DNA of 64,000 nucleotides from the human T2T-CHM13v2.0 reference genome, Homo sapiens (GCF_009914755.1 NC_060938.1); one strand, 5' to 3'; positions 16,343 through 32,059 are shown, counted from the stretch's first letter. Made by a program: numbers and translations. Notes: generated by a model not told the origin, from the letters alone.

Positions 16343-17796
16343 AAAACAATCCTAAGCAAAAAGAACACAGCTAGAGACATCACACTACCCTTTTCAAACT
16401 ACACCACAGGCTACAATAATTAAAACTGCATGGTATGGTATAAAAACAGATACACAGACCAATGAAATAGGTTAGAGAACCCAGAATAAAGCTGCACACC
16501 TACAACCATCTGATCTTCTACAAAGCCAACAATAACAAGCAATGGGGAAAAGACTTTCTATTCAATAAATGGTGCTGAGAAAACTGCCTAGCCATTTGCA
16601 GAAGATTGAAAGTGGACTCCTACCTCTCACTATGTATAAAAAATAACTCAAGATGGATTAAAGGCTTAAATGTAAAACATGAAACTATAAAAACCCTAGA
16701 AGAAAATGTAGGGAATACCATTCTGGACATTGGCCCTAGCAAAAACTTCATGACAAAGATTCCAAAAGCAATTTCAGTAAAAACAAAAATTGACAAGTGG
16801 GACCTAATTAAACTAAAGAGCTTCTGCACAACAAAAGAAACTATCAACAGAGTAAACAGACAATCTACAAAGTGGGAAAAATATTTGCAAACTATGCATC
16901 TGACAAAGGTCTAATGTCAAGAATCTATAAGAAACTTAAATCAACAAGCAAAAAACAAACAACCCCATTAAAATGGGCAAAGGCCATGAACAGACACTTC
17001 TCAAAAGAAGATAAACATACGGCAAACAAGCATATGAAAAAATGCTCAATATCACTAATCATTAGGGGAATGCAAATCAAAACCACAATGAGATACCATC
17101 TCACCCCAGTCAGAATGGCTATTATCAAAAAGTCAAAAAATAATAGATGCTGTTGAGGTTGCAGAGAAAAGAGAATGCTTACACACTGCTGGTGGGAATG
17201 TAAATTAACTCAGCCACTGTGGAAAGCAGTCTGAAGATTTCTCAAAGAACTTAAAACAGAACCACCATTTGACCTAGCAATCCCATTACTGTGTATATAC
17301 CCAAAGGAATAACAACACATGCACACATATGTTCCTTGCAGCACTATTCACAATACCAAAGATGTAGAATCAACCCAGATGCTCATCAATGGCGGACTGG
17401 ATAAAGAAAATGTGGAACATATACACGATGGAATACTACGCAGCCATAAAAAAAATGAGATCATGTCCTTTGCAGCAACATGGATGGAGCTGGAGGTCAT
17501 TATCCTAAACAAATTAACCCAGGAACAGAAAACCAAATACCACATGTTCTCACTTGTAAATGGGAGCTAAACACTAAGTACACATAGAAATAAAGAAGAA
17601 AACAACAGACCCTGGGGCCCACTTGAGGGTGGAGGGTGGGAGGAGAGTGAGGATTGAAAAACTACCTATTGGGTATTATGCTGATTACCTGGGTGAAAAA
17701 TTATCTGTAGACCAAACCCCCATGACAGGCAATTTACTCAGGTAACAAACCTGCACATGTACCCCTTGAATCTAAAATAAATGTTGGAAAGAAAAA
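16343..17796 (+). mobile_element. 5'-truncated L1PA (older primate subfamily): ORF2 C-terminus plus 3' UTR
   Basis: ORFs 16606..16914 and 16872..17156 are L1 ORF2p-like ([31 protein letters not shown]); 16-bp TSD aaaatt(c/a)tagcatggc at 16327-16342 and 17797-17812. Confidence 0.93.
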
Positions 17797-18739
17797 AAAA
17801 TTATAGCATGGCTTTCACCCATATTAACAAGCAGAATCATACTATTAAGAATGAATGAAGCTGAGTTTTGAGTAATATATTTATAAGTATTTATGTTAAA
17901 ATAAACAACAATAAAACATTGTATTAGAAAAACTGGATATCTACATGAAAAAGTGAAACTAGACTTGTACTTCAAACTGTACAGAAAAATCAATTCTAGC
18001 TAGATTGAATGTCAAAGTGTGAAGGCTATATAAGAAACATTTTAGAAGACAATATAGCCAAATGCATTCATGACTTTGGAGTAGAGAAATATTTTCTTTA
18101 CCAAGACACAGAAAGCACTAATAATAAAAGAGAAATTGAAAAAAACTGTATCATTAAAATAAATAACTTATTTTTGCCAAAAGACATAAGGAGAATGAAA
18201 AGACCATTCACAGGATAGGAGATAATATGTGCCACACATTGAATGCACCAGGAACTCCCAGAAATCAGCAAGAAAAAGGCAGAGACACCAACAGGAATAT
18301 AGCTGAACAGGGATTTCATGAAAGAAAAATCCAAATGGCACCAAAAAAGGATGCTCAACCTTGTTAGTAATCTAGGAAATGCAATTTAAATCACATGATA
18401 TATTAAGATCCTGTTACCCTTCCCCCTTTCTTTCTCCACTTCCCTGATCACAAAAATAGAAAAATATGACAATCCTAAGTGCAGCTGAGGAAATGGAGCC
18501 ACAGTGTCTTTCATGTACAGCTGGTAGGATAGTAACTAGAAACCACTTTAGAAAATGGCTTGTTGTTATCTGATTAAGCTGAATATGAACACATCCTAAA
18601 GCACAGCAATTCCCATCCTACTTTTTTATACAAGAGAACCACCTGCACATGTTCACCAGGATACACGTTAAAAATGTTCATAGAAAGACAAAAATAATGC
18701 TCATGGAAGTGCATTATCATCTTAGAAACAACCCAAATG

Positions 18740-19191
<452 letters not shown>

Positions 19192-19974
19192 TTAAAGGAG
19201 TAAGCCACAGAGTAATACAGTATTATTCCATATATATAAAGTTCAAAACCAGGCTAAATTATCATTCTTGATGCATGTGTAGGTAGTAAAACTGTCAAGA
19301 AAAGTAAGGTAGTTATCATCATGAAACTCAGAAGGTGGTGATACAGAGGGGAGGGAAGGGGATGTGATGAGGGAGGAGGGTGTGATCAGTAGGGAAACAC
19401 GCAGGGCCTCCGGCGATGACAATATTCCATTTATTAAACTGGGTGATGGGTTGTACTGCTGTTCTTTATAATCTAATACACAATCTTAAATGTTCTTTTG
19501 TATTTATTCAATAGGTAATAAAACTTATTAAAACCACATATCAAAAAAAGACAGATTACTCAGTAAGAAAGCTATTTCACTTAATGGTATTTGCACATCG
19601 GCTCCTTACATTTGTGAGATAAAACGCCAACGTTTCTCTTGAAAGAGAAACTAGGAAGAGTGCATTTGGGAGAAGCAAAGCTTCTGCCTCTCACAAACTG
19701 TTCTCATTCGCTCTAATACACTTTGTTTATTTTTCGGCTTAGAAATCTCCGATAAGTTATTTTATTCAGGTTCTTAGTTGAATGTCCTCAGGCCACAAGC
19801 TTAGCTGAAAGAAAGTACTGGGCTTGGAGCTGACTCTGCTCCCAGGGGCCAGACCTTTGATGTCTGAGCCAGGTAAAAACAGGATGCTGCCATCATATTT
19901 CAAGCCACATCCATCCAGCTTGAAGGAATAAAGTGAAGGAAAGATCAATATCTGCTTCTTCTCCTTTCCTATGA

Positions 19975-20200
19975 GGTTAAGATCAGGGACCCTGGATCCA
20001 GACTGCCTGGTTTGCATACCAAATCCAGCCCTGTAGCCTGGAGCAAGTTGCTCAAATCCATTTGTTCCTCCTTTTTCTCACCTGTAAAATGGAGCTGAAG
20101 AGAGTACAAACCTCCTAAGGGGATTAGGTTAATACTGATGAGGCACTAGCAAAAGTGCTTGGCACAAAAAGAGTACTCAACATGGGTTAGGTGGTGATGG
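19975..20200 (-). mobile_element. MIR
   Basis: cagactgcctggtttg..., ctcacctgtaaaatgg core. Confidence 0.7.
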
Positions 20201-20229
20201 TTATTATTCTCAAACATATATTTTTGTCC

Positions 20230-21039
20230 AAATCGACTTGACATCTCCATCTGGGTCTCTAACTTTACATGTCCAAAACTAAGCTCCTGTTATTCCCTCC
20301 AAACCAGCCCCTGCATCCTTTCAACTGCTCAGAACAAAACCATCAAGTCATCCTTGATTCTTCTCACAGTTGCTCCATCACAATTTTTGCTAGTCCTACC
20401 TTCAAAATACATCTGGAATCCAATCACTTCCTGCCTTCTCCAAGCTACCACCCTGCTGCAAGCCACAATCCTCTCTTGCCTGGATGGATACAGTGGCCTC
20501 CTACCTGGTCTCCTTGCCTCCACCTCTGTCCTCTCCTCCCAGTCTATTCTCAGATACACCACTCTCAACCGCTACACCATAGCTGCCACACAGTTTTAAC
20601 AGAATTACTGTTGAAACTCAAGCTGGATCAGGCCACACCTCAGTTCAAAACCCTCCATTAGCTTTCCATCTCACCCACAATAAAAAATCAAAGTCCTCAA
20701 CATGTCTGCCAAGGACCTGTGTGTCTGAGTCTCTGTAACGTTTCTGCCTCACCTCCTTGTCTTCTCTCCACATTCACTCTACTCCGGTCACACACCAAGA
20801 GCACAGGTGCCCCTCAAGGGCTATTCACTTGCTGTTCCTTCCACATGGAAGACTCCTCCCTACTTTCTGCAAGGCTTGCTGCCCCATTTCCCCCAGGTCT
20901 TCACTCACATTTACCTCTCAAACAGTCACTCCCTGGCCTTATGGAAAATTTCACATCCCCCTCACCATAGTCCCTTGTTTTGCCTCATTTTTCTCTCCTT
21001 CCCAGTTTGTTACCTAACACACTTACTGTATTATTTTTA

Positions 21040-21070
<31 letters not shown>

Positions 21071-21480
21071 GGAGACACAGTCTTGTTCTGTTGCCTAGGC
21101 TGGAGTGTAGTGGCACAATCTCAACTCACTGCAACCTCTGCTTCCCCAGTTGAAGCAATTCTCCTTCCTCAGCCTCTCGAGTAACTGGGATTACAGGCGC
21201 CCGGCTAATTTTTGTATTTTTAGTAGAGACAGGGTTTCACTATGTTGGCCAGGCTGGTCTCAAACTCCTGACCTCAAGTGATCTGCCCGCCTCAGCCTAC
21301 CAAAGTGGTGGGTTACAGGCGTAAGCCATCGCGCCCAGCCCCTAACACACTTATATTTACTTCTTTAGTGTGTTTCTGGTATGAACCCCCCTCCCTGTCC
21401 CCCCGCAGAATGTGGGCTCCATGGGGCACGAGTATTTGGCTGTATCCACAGTGTTTGAACATGACTTGAACGTGAGCATA
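20230..21480 (+). mobile_element. L2 3' region (interrupted by Alu)
   Basis: catgtccaaaactaagctcctg, gtcatccttgattcttctc L2 phrases. Confidence 0.75.
21032..21340 (-). mobile_element. AluS with (TTTA)n tail
   Basis: TSD cctaacacactta. Confidence 0.92.
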
Positions 21481-24411
21481 AAGCGGGAAATCAAAATAAC
21501 ATGGATTATGTGAATAATAAATCTGCAAGTTGTCAGCTAATACAGTATTTTTCTTTCTTCTTGTCCTTCGGGATCCTGGGTAGATTAAAATTTTAAATAC
21601 ATATATTTTGATGTCATGTCCTTTATATTTTGATGTTTAATCACCAGAGTTATAGGATTTTTTTGATGTGTAAATGTGCCCATCCATGCACAGAAAATAG
21701 ATCTAACTCCATTCTTTTATCTGTGGCTCCTCTGCTTTTTCATAGCTGGCAGTATGAAGCAGCTACTGCTCCCAGGACTAGCTCAGAGGAGCTCTTGTTC
21801 ACTCCCCAAAAGCTCCATTAGTAACAGATTGCCCAACTGTTAGGCAACTTCAACGTGGGGAGAGCAGGGACTGTGTCCAGCTCTCCCATAACTGTATTCC
21901 CAGCACCTACATTTTTTTCTGCATGAATGAACTAGTTAATTGATGCATGCTTGGGTGGTTTATTGTGTTTTGTATCCCACACCAAGGGTGAGCTAGGCCA
22001 CATGGCCTCTCTGGGTGAGCTTGCACATTCTCTGCAAGAGGAGAATATTGGAGTTTTAATAAAATATTCTGTTTCCTTTTAGATACTGGAAAGAGTTATT
22101 TTTAAGAACACTTCACCATCCTCCGTGGCATGATGACACTTTTAAATACAACAAAACTATTGCTTTTAAATGTGCTTTTTAAAGCAGGCCTCAGGAAAAA
22201 AATATAGGTGTAGTTGTGTATGTGTATGTATGTATGTGTGTATGTATCTATGTATATGTCCATGGTGTGTATACACTCATGTATGCACATACATATGTGT
22301 GTGGAACAATGGGAAATCATAACCCTATGAAAATAGCTGAAAAGAAGGGGACAGGATGGGTAAGAGGCCAGTTTCCTTGCCTATCTTGTTTAAAAAACAA
22401 CAAGCTGACTTCACTGAGGGCGCCATCCTTCAAGTTCTACCTAACAGCTCATTAGCCCCACAAATGGGAGTCAGTCACTTAGTCATTCTGCAGAAGGTTT
22501 CATGTCCATCTTTTCTCTCTCCTTTCACTAGTCCAGCAAATCCTAGGTGGGCACCTACTAAGTTCCTCAAACCATATTCTGGAATAAAGAATAAATTAGA
22601 TAGACAAAGTCTTTCCCTTTATGGAGAAGAGAGATAATAACAAGTAAACTAATGCATATTTGACCCAATTGCAGGTAGAGGCATGGGCTGTGAAGACATT
22701 TGAAGCAGAAAAAAGCTAGAGAGTGGAGGTGGAGGGTTCTGGCCCCCCGCTGCAGAGGCGATGCTTGAGCAGAGTTTGGAGTGAAAATGTGGAGGAAAAG
22801 CTCTCAGGGCAGAGGGAACAGCCAGGGCAGCAGTGAACTGGCCTGGAACGGCGAGAGAGGCAGTGCAATTACAGCAGACGGAGCCCAGGGGAGAGGATCA
22901 GAGACGGCATCAGCCCTGAGAAGGAAAGGCTCTGCTGAAATTTATTCCTGGGTACAGCATCCTCTGAGACGGACTCCACAAAGGTCATTAACTACATTTA
23001 GAAGCACAGAAGAACAATTGAAGGTATTAAAAAAAATAAAGCCTCTTCTGTTGCAGGGGGAATTACATATGCATGCAAAATGCAGTAGGGCCTTGTCCAC
23101 ATATTCACCAAAAGGGTTGGGATATCTTATTCCACCCCCACCCACCACTCACTACCCCCATTAGCCAGAATGAACAACATAATAGAAATTAACGGCGGGG
23201 CTAGTCTTCTTCAGGATGAAGCCTCTCAGCTGTCACCCCTGCCTCCCTCTTAAATGGCTGACATCATCTCTGATCCTCCCCCAAACAAGTGGCTCTTTCT
23301 CTGGTCCCAAATAATTAGTTTCCCCAGACACAATGGGAAGGCCTTAGCCCAAGCTTTTAGGGAAGACGTTTGAAGCATAAGGGAATACTAGTGTTTTGCT
23401 TGGGCTATGGGACAAAAGTTCCGGAAATGAAAGGGTTTTTTTGTTGTTGTTTGTAATTATGCACATCCTGCAGTATCTGCATAATGGGTCCAATTCAGCC
23501 CTGGCCTTGCAGAAAAATTACCATGTCCCTGGAGGAAGGTCAGCATATGAGTGAACAGGAAGCTTCACGCTGACAATAGTGCCTTAATTTTTTTTTCTTT
23601 TTAAATTTTAAGGATGAACTTTGCTCTTTTAGTCCATTTGTCTGCAGGCATTTGCAGACATGTTCTAAACACACCCACACTTGTAAAATGTACGTACTTA
23701 AAATCAGCCTTGGCTTTGAGAGAACAGTATAAAGATTTTGGATGATAGATGAGCTGACTGCTATATTCTTCCCGGTACCTGGTGGAATTTTAAAGCCAGA
23801 GGAAGCCTTATATGTTAATCAAACTTTTTGTAACTAGAGATAGTCAGGAACACTATTGGCTAAAGGACTCAACGTGAATAAGACATGAGATGGGTTTAGG
23901 TTCATTTTCAAAAAAATTTCTTTAGAGAACTATACAAAATTTCATTTTGATTTAACACCAGAAGGTTGTTTTTTTTTTTTTAAACATGCTGGTTCTGCTC
24001 ATGGTTTTGTAGAATATCTATGCATCTAGTTCAGAGTTCAATAAATGAGTTTTCAGTTAAATTTGTTGACATTTTTCACCATACAACCTTAAATCATATG
24101 GCAACCTCAAATGGGAGATGTGAACAGTGTTCTTGTGGCTAATTTAAGTATTTGACATTAAAGGTTCTAATAAAAATCTTCTAAAGAGCTCACTTATCAA
24201 CATGGCCCGACTCAAATGGGTCTTATGAAGTCAAAGAGGTATGAATCCCTCATTTGGCCTCCCTCAAATTTCAAGGGTTTTAATGTTGAACATAATTTTC
24301 ATAAAAGATTCAAGGGGTATGATTCCATATGCTTCTTCATTCCTAGTAAACTCAGGTCTGAAGAACTGATGCTCTTTTTCCATATATATGGTTATACAAA
24401 GGCTTTTGTCA

Positions 24412-25052
<641 letters not shown>

Positions 25053-26713
25053 AATTTTAATCATATGTTTCTAAGGGAGACTGTATATCTCCTTTTTTCC
25101 CTGGCCAACCGTGATGGCACTTATTCACTTCAAACCCTGCCCTAATTAAAGTCCAAGAGAAAGTTGTTGCCTTGATGATTTAAGCATTTCTGGAGTTGTT
25201 TTTCCTACCAGCTGTTGCTCCTGGTTTTCCAATCAACCTTGGTATGCTTCAGTGCACAATAAAATAAGTAGCAGCCAGGTCACTAGGGTGGGGACTAACA
25301 ACTCCCTGGCTTCTCTAAGGTTCTCAGTGCAGCTTCTAGCCATTTAAATACCATCAAAAATAAGAGACGTACCATTAATGACAGTCTCTTTGTCCCTAAC
25401 TCCACTGTGCCTACAGCCTTGTTGCATTTTAATTAGGGCAAATAGTACATTCCAATTCCAGGCTGAAGTCCAATGCTCGCTTGGCTTTATTCTTAGGTGG
25501 CACAGTTTAAAAGATGTATTCTTTTGATTTTTACTCTTCATCTGCCAGAAAAACTTCAAAGAGTGGAAGAAAGGGAATTGGGGGATGGAAAAGGAATATC
25601 CCGGATAACCTCGCTACTTCCTCTGTGTGTGTTATGTGTGTGTGCTAGTCTCTTTCCCAACTTCTCTCTACAAGCCAGGATGTTCAGGTATAAAACAGCT
25701 GGCTAAGTAAGGTTTCACTTTTTCTTCCAGAAATTAAAACTAGGAAGAACACTGATCAGTTCCACTTCTCCTCCTCCTTCTCCTCCCACCACCTTTTTCT
25801 CTTACGACCTTCTCACAAAACAACATCCACAGAGGGGTTGCACAAGACAGGTACCAAGATAAACATTTTTACATCTCTCCCAACATGAAGACATCCGATC
25901 AGAAAGTATGGGCTCTTAATAGAAGTAAATGGAATATGAAGAGTAAAATGGGAAGAAATTAAACACTGCAACTATACATTATATATAGGAAAGAGTCAGT
26001 TTGCTCCAGTGATGCTGATGTGATTGGGAAAAGGGCTAAAGCCAAAAATTAGTTTCCACTGTTCCTTTTTTTCCTGGCTGAAATTTTTTTCTTGCACGCA
26101 CAGAGACACACCTACATACTCCAAACTTCACCAAAGATTCCAAATTTTTGCATTTAAATACAGCACACCAAACACCTCTCTTGCCCTAATTCCATTTCAT
26201 TCTTGCGTTATCCATGCTAAAAAGAGTTTGCTCAGTCTACATGAGTGAAGCTATAGCCCAAAATAGATCTAACATCTGACTGATGGAAATTAATGAACTA
26301 AGAAAAGCATTTTAGAGTGGATAAATGAGAAATTGATGGGCAAATCATTTCTATGTGGTCAGTTTAGACAAAAAGCACGAGAGGGCCATTTTGTCTAAGC
26401 TGGTCACCTAGCCGCCAGCAAACTGGCCACTACTTGGCCCACAGCTAGGTGGCCAATTTAGACAAAAGTTTCTCCTAGGTCAGTAGTGCCTACTTTCTCC
26501 AAGTGAGGAAAACTGGATAAAACTGAGTAAGAGCTGTGGGGAAGCCCCAGAAGTAAACGATAATTAACAAGGGAAGTTGCTTTAAATTCTGATTTTCATC
26601 CTTCACAGGAAGAGACAATAGATGCACCTGTCATAAAATGAACTTCTCAGACAAGTAATTCTCCCAGCATCCACTTATTCCTTTGCTTCCTCAGAGCCAG
26701 TTTCAAATTCTCA

Positions 26714-27022
<309 letters not shown>

Positions 27023-27311
27023 TTAAAAACAGAAAGACAAGTAGTGGTTGAAAGACAACCGCAAGAGATGGTAATCACAGCAGCACAGGTTGGCTCTGGT
27101 TTGCTACTAGAGGATCCAGGAAGAAGCCCAGTGGATTTCTGCTCAATTCTGAGCACTGCGCTATGTCTTTGAATATCCACACCTAGCAGAACTATACAGA
27201 GGAAGTGCTTAGTAAATATCTGGTGACTCAATGAGTAAATTATAAGGAGCTGTAAGGTTTAGGGACAAAGCACACTGACATGCACACATCTCCTTAAGAA
27301 ATACCCTGCAT

Positions 27312-27415
27312 CGTGAGCTGGGATCGCACCACTGCACTCCAGAGCCTGGGCAACAGAGCGAGACTCCGTCTCAAAAAACAAAACAAAAAACAAACAAACA
27401 AACAAACAAACAAAA
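27312..27415 (+). mobile_element. 5'-truncated Alu with (CAAA)n tail
   Basis: Right-arm 3' end only; flanked by cctgcatc. Confidence 0.85.
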
Positions 27416-27515
27416 AGTCCTGCATCATTACAGATTTACAGATGCTCCCCTAATTCAGACTGACTCATTCTCAGCCTTATGCAAAGGGTTCCATTTTAAG
27501 ATTTTACAGACTTAG

Positions 27516-28004
27516 TACATTAGTTTCCTATGGCTGCTGTAACAAATTACCACAAACTTGGTATCTCAAAACAACAGTAATTTATTCTCTCACAGTTCTG
27601 GAAGCCAGAGTCTGAGATGAGAATCACTGTGCTAAAATCAAGATGTCAGCAGAACTGCACTCCCCGCAGAGGCTTTAAGGAAGCATCTGTTTCTTGTATC
27701 TTGCAGCTTCTGGTGGCTGCCGGCATTCCTTGGCTGTGGCTTCATCACTAAAATCTTTAAGATCAGCATTTTCAAATTTCTTTCTGTTTCATCTTCACAG
27801 TGCCTTCTCTTCTGTGTAAGCAAAATCGCCCTCTGCCACTTTCATAAGGATGCATGTGATTGCAGTTAAGGCCCACAGATAATCCAGAATTATCTCCCCA
27901 TCTCAAAATCCTTACTCTCATCTACAAAGACCCTTTTCCCAAATATGATAATATTTATAGGTTCCAGGGAGGACAACCTAATGTCTTTGGGAGCCATTAC
28001 TCAG
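27516..28004 (-). mobile_element. MaLR solo LTR (MLT1C/D-like)
   Basis: attagtttcctatggctgctgtaacaaattaccacaaactt terminus. Confidence 0.85.
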
Positions 28005-29005
28005 CTTAGTATTACTGGAAGAACAGAGCAGGTAGCAGTGATTGCAGCAAGTCTCACACTGTCTCTACTTGCTGCAAACATCTGTGTTATTTCTGCATAA
28101 TGCCTGCAGTTACATATGTGGTATTATTGCAATATACAGCACATGCATTCAAACATTTTGGATTCAAATTAAAATCTGAGCTGCACAACAGCCTCCTGAA
28201 TGGAATGACTGTGTAACTTGGGGAATGTCTACATTATCCATTATGTGGGGGCAGGAGTGGGGGGCTAACGCCTAGTCTCTCCTGTGTAATTGGCCTTAGC
28301 TCTGCCAATTACTCTATCCTTATTGTTAAACACAATCCATGGGAGGAAACCCAAGAGGGAATTAGCTTATGTGGGAGAGGTTAGTTTGGGTAATAGGAAT
28401 GTACTCTGCAGCTTTTGATTCAGTTTAGGTTCATTGATGGGTCAAGTTGGGTATTGGCAGAAAATTTGGAATTGAACCATTTTCTTTACCACTCTAATGC
28501 TGTGCACCGTCCCCTATGCTCCTTGGGTTTCCAGGTTAGAAACACTTCTTGAGGTGGGGCTGGCCCTCCACATGGTTTATTTCTGCTTCTTGCCTACAGA
28601 CTGGGCATCAAGTCTGCTGGGAACCCATCCTACAGGACCCTCCTAAGGTAGAAAACTCCATCTCCACAGGGTTGAGTTAAATTTTCACACATATGAACAG
28701 ATGGAATTATTCATACTTGAGCAGTTTTCAAAATTATGCTTTCATGCATTTGAACACTGTCATTTCTTGATTTATTCTCTAGTAATATTAATACATCTAA
28801 AATTCTTAGGACAATGCAGGGCTGAGATTAGGCTAAGGCAAGTGACACACTTGCCTTGGAGGTAAAATTTAAGAGGGTGCCAAAAAACTCAGTAATCAAA
28901 GTAACATTTTAAGGCAATATGTTAAAAATATCAACTCAAAATCAAAGCAGCAAACTACAGCTCACAGGTTGACTATCTCTGTAAATAAAGCTTTATTAGA
29001 ACCAG

Positions 29006-29333
29006 TGAGACAGCCAGAGGGGAGGGGGTTCCCAGAAAAACTCCAACTGGCCTGTGCACTGGGGTGGAGCTGCGGAAGTTTGTGCCACTTGCAGCAGGGA
29101 AGAGCCTGGCCCCTCCTCTTCCTGTGTGGAACCTGGGATTTGGGCGCGGTCCGGAAGTGCTCTAGATGAACTCTGGCCTCGCTGAGAGTCCCTGTTTCCC
29201 CTCTTTTTTCCTTTTCACCCAATAAAGCCCTGCTTTACTTACCCTTCAAACCATCTGTGAGCCTGAATTTTCATGGCTGTGGGATGGACAAGGACCCCAT
29301 CTTTAGCTGAACTTTAGGAAAATTCCTGCAACA
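29006..29333 (+). mobile_element. ERV1-class solo LTR (MER61-like)
   Basis: TG...CA ends, 4-bp TSD ccag, AATAAA at 29221, two GGAAGT ETS cores. Confidence 0.8.
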
Positions 29334-30214
29334 CCAGGTCCAGGTGGGCCAAGTGTAGCATAGTCATGAAAGTGTTAATTGAATCTTGTCTTTAAAGTAC
29401 TGATATTTTGTTCATTAAGAATTTTTTGCATTATGTGATTTTAAAAAATAATTTTAAAATAACTTTAATTTTTAAACTGAATTCTTAAATATTTTTTTAA
29501 AAACTTTTTTTTCAAGACAATTATTACAATTTGATATGGAGCAAAAGTGCTTCATGTATTTTTTCCCAATCTGTCACAGAGAATGTTAAAAAGACATACT
29601 CAAGAATCACAATTTTAAGAAATTAATAATTTTTACTGCCTCATCAAGGATATTATTGGGTGAAATATACATTTTGTTTTACTGTGAGTAGACAATGGCC
29701 AAAAGTTTCATCTGCTGTTATTTTTTAACCATCAATGCAAATGTCAATGCAGTGAAAAGGCAAATAACATCTTAGAATTAGAATGAAAATGATTTTAACC
29801 CCAAAGACGCCTTGAAAGGGTCTCAGGAGACAGCAAGGTCTATGGGCCAGACTGTGAATTGCTGCCTTAAAGGGTAAAGCTTTCACAATATATCAAAAGC
29901 ATTGTCAGTCACAAGATAAGATCCTCAGTCAGATGGGGGCAACATAATTATGACTAATCTCAAAATTAGTTTTGGAAAAATCAATGAAGAGTTGAGCAAA
30001 TTGACTGTCATATAAATAGTTTTGAGCAATCAGGAAATCTTTGAGGCTAAAGATAAAATGTGAAAGAATCTGAATGGCATGAATATAATCCATGACCTGA
30101 AGGCACGGCCATTTTAGGGCAGCAAAGTGGAGAAAGAGCACCCCACCCATCACTTACCTTCCATTCCTTGCCCCCACTGCCTCCTGGGTAATGAGGGAGC
30201 AGAGGATACTAGAG

Positions 30215-30235
30215 CAGCAGCAGCAGCAGCAGCAG
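30215..30235. repeat. (CAG)7 / (CTG)7 on the STON2 strand
   Basis: Direct read. Confidence 0.95.
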
Positions 30236-30714
30236 GAAGAGTGAGGCAAACGGAAGGAGAGCACAGGGCATCCGAAGGCTGCTCCAAGACCTTGGGGCCG
30301 GTCAGCCTGGTGCGGAAGCTCTCCTGCCATTTCCTAGCACACAATCTTGGTTGAATTCCCAAAGCCCACTTCTGGCTGAGTCTCCTCCACCATGTGTAAT
30401 ATGGATTAATATTAATACCTTCCTCATACAATTGTTGTAAGGAGTACATGATATGATGTAGCTAAGGCACTGAGCACAGAAACTGAGACAATAAGTATGC
30501 AGTAAATGTATCATATTAAGCAGAAGGAACATTATTTCTGTGCTCATTCACTGCCCAGTGTTCCGTAACTTTTCCCTACATGCATCAACACTTAGCCCAG
30601 AGCCTTCTCAGTGTTAGGTGTTCAGTAAGGGAAGCCTGTCTGGACCTGTCACTTCTTCCACGCTGCACTGAGAGTCATGACTCAATGACAATTCATGCAG
30701 AAATCTGATGTTTA

Positions 30715-31024
<310 letters not shown>

Positions 31025-31233
31025 TTAAATATGAAAAAATAGACATAAATGTGCAAATTATTATGTAAAAATATAAATGTTTGTTACAGAATTGTTTTAT
31101 ATTTTCTTAAAATCATTTTAGTATTGAAAACACACTGAAAAACAAAGGAATCAGCCTTAAAAAGTGACACTAGCAAAACATTTAACACACCAACAGAAAA
31201 ATATATCAACCCTGCTTTTTGCTAGTAGGTCTC

Positions 31234-31765
31234 TGTGGTAGACAGAATGCCTCCCATTCTACCCCAAGATGTCCACATCTTGATTTCCAGAACCTGTGAA
31301 TATGTTACTTTATATGGCAAAAGAACTTTACTGATGTGATTATGTTAAGGACCTTGAGATGGGGACATTATCCCGGTGAACCCAGTGTAACCACAGAGGT
31401 CCTTAATGCCTGGTGAGCCCAACATAACCACAGAGGTCCTTAATGGAAGACAAAGGCAGATGTCAGGGAAAGATGTGACTTCAGAAGAAAGGCACAAAGA
31501 GATGCCACATTCCTGGCTTTGGAGATAGAGGAAGGGGCCATATGCCAAGGAATGTTGACAGCCTCTGAAAGCTGGGAAGGGCCAGGAAACAGACTCTCCC
31601 CTAGAGCTTCCAGAAAGGAACACAGCCCTGCCAACACCTTGATTTTGACCCGGTGACACCCATGATGGACTTCTGAAATACAGAATCATAAGATGATAAA
31701 CTTATGTTGTTCAAGCCACTACACTTGTGGTGACTTGTTACAGCAGCAAATAGAAAACTAATACA
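31234..31765 (+). mobile_element. MaLR solo LTR (MLT1C/D-like) with internal ~37-bp tandem duplication (about 31372-31445)
   Basis: TGT...ACA ends, 5-bp TSD gtctc/gtccc. Confidence 0.88.
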
Positions 31766-32059
31766 GTCCCAAAGCTTATCCAATCACCTGTGGCATACTT
31801 CAGTGCACAATAAAGAAGTAGCCAGGTCACCAGGATGGGGACTAACAAGTCCTACAGCTTTACTAAGCTCCCCAGTGCAGCTTCTGGCCATTGAAATGCC
31901 ACAAAATAAGAGATTTCTCATGAACAACCATCCCTACCCATGAGGATTTGGATTCAAGAGTTCTGAAGTGTGAGAATATCCATGTTTAACAAATCCTATT
32001 GGTGACTTGGTTAGACATGGTCAGTGGTCCACACTTTCACACACATTCATTTCTGTTTT

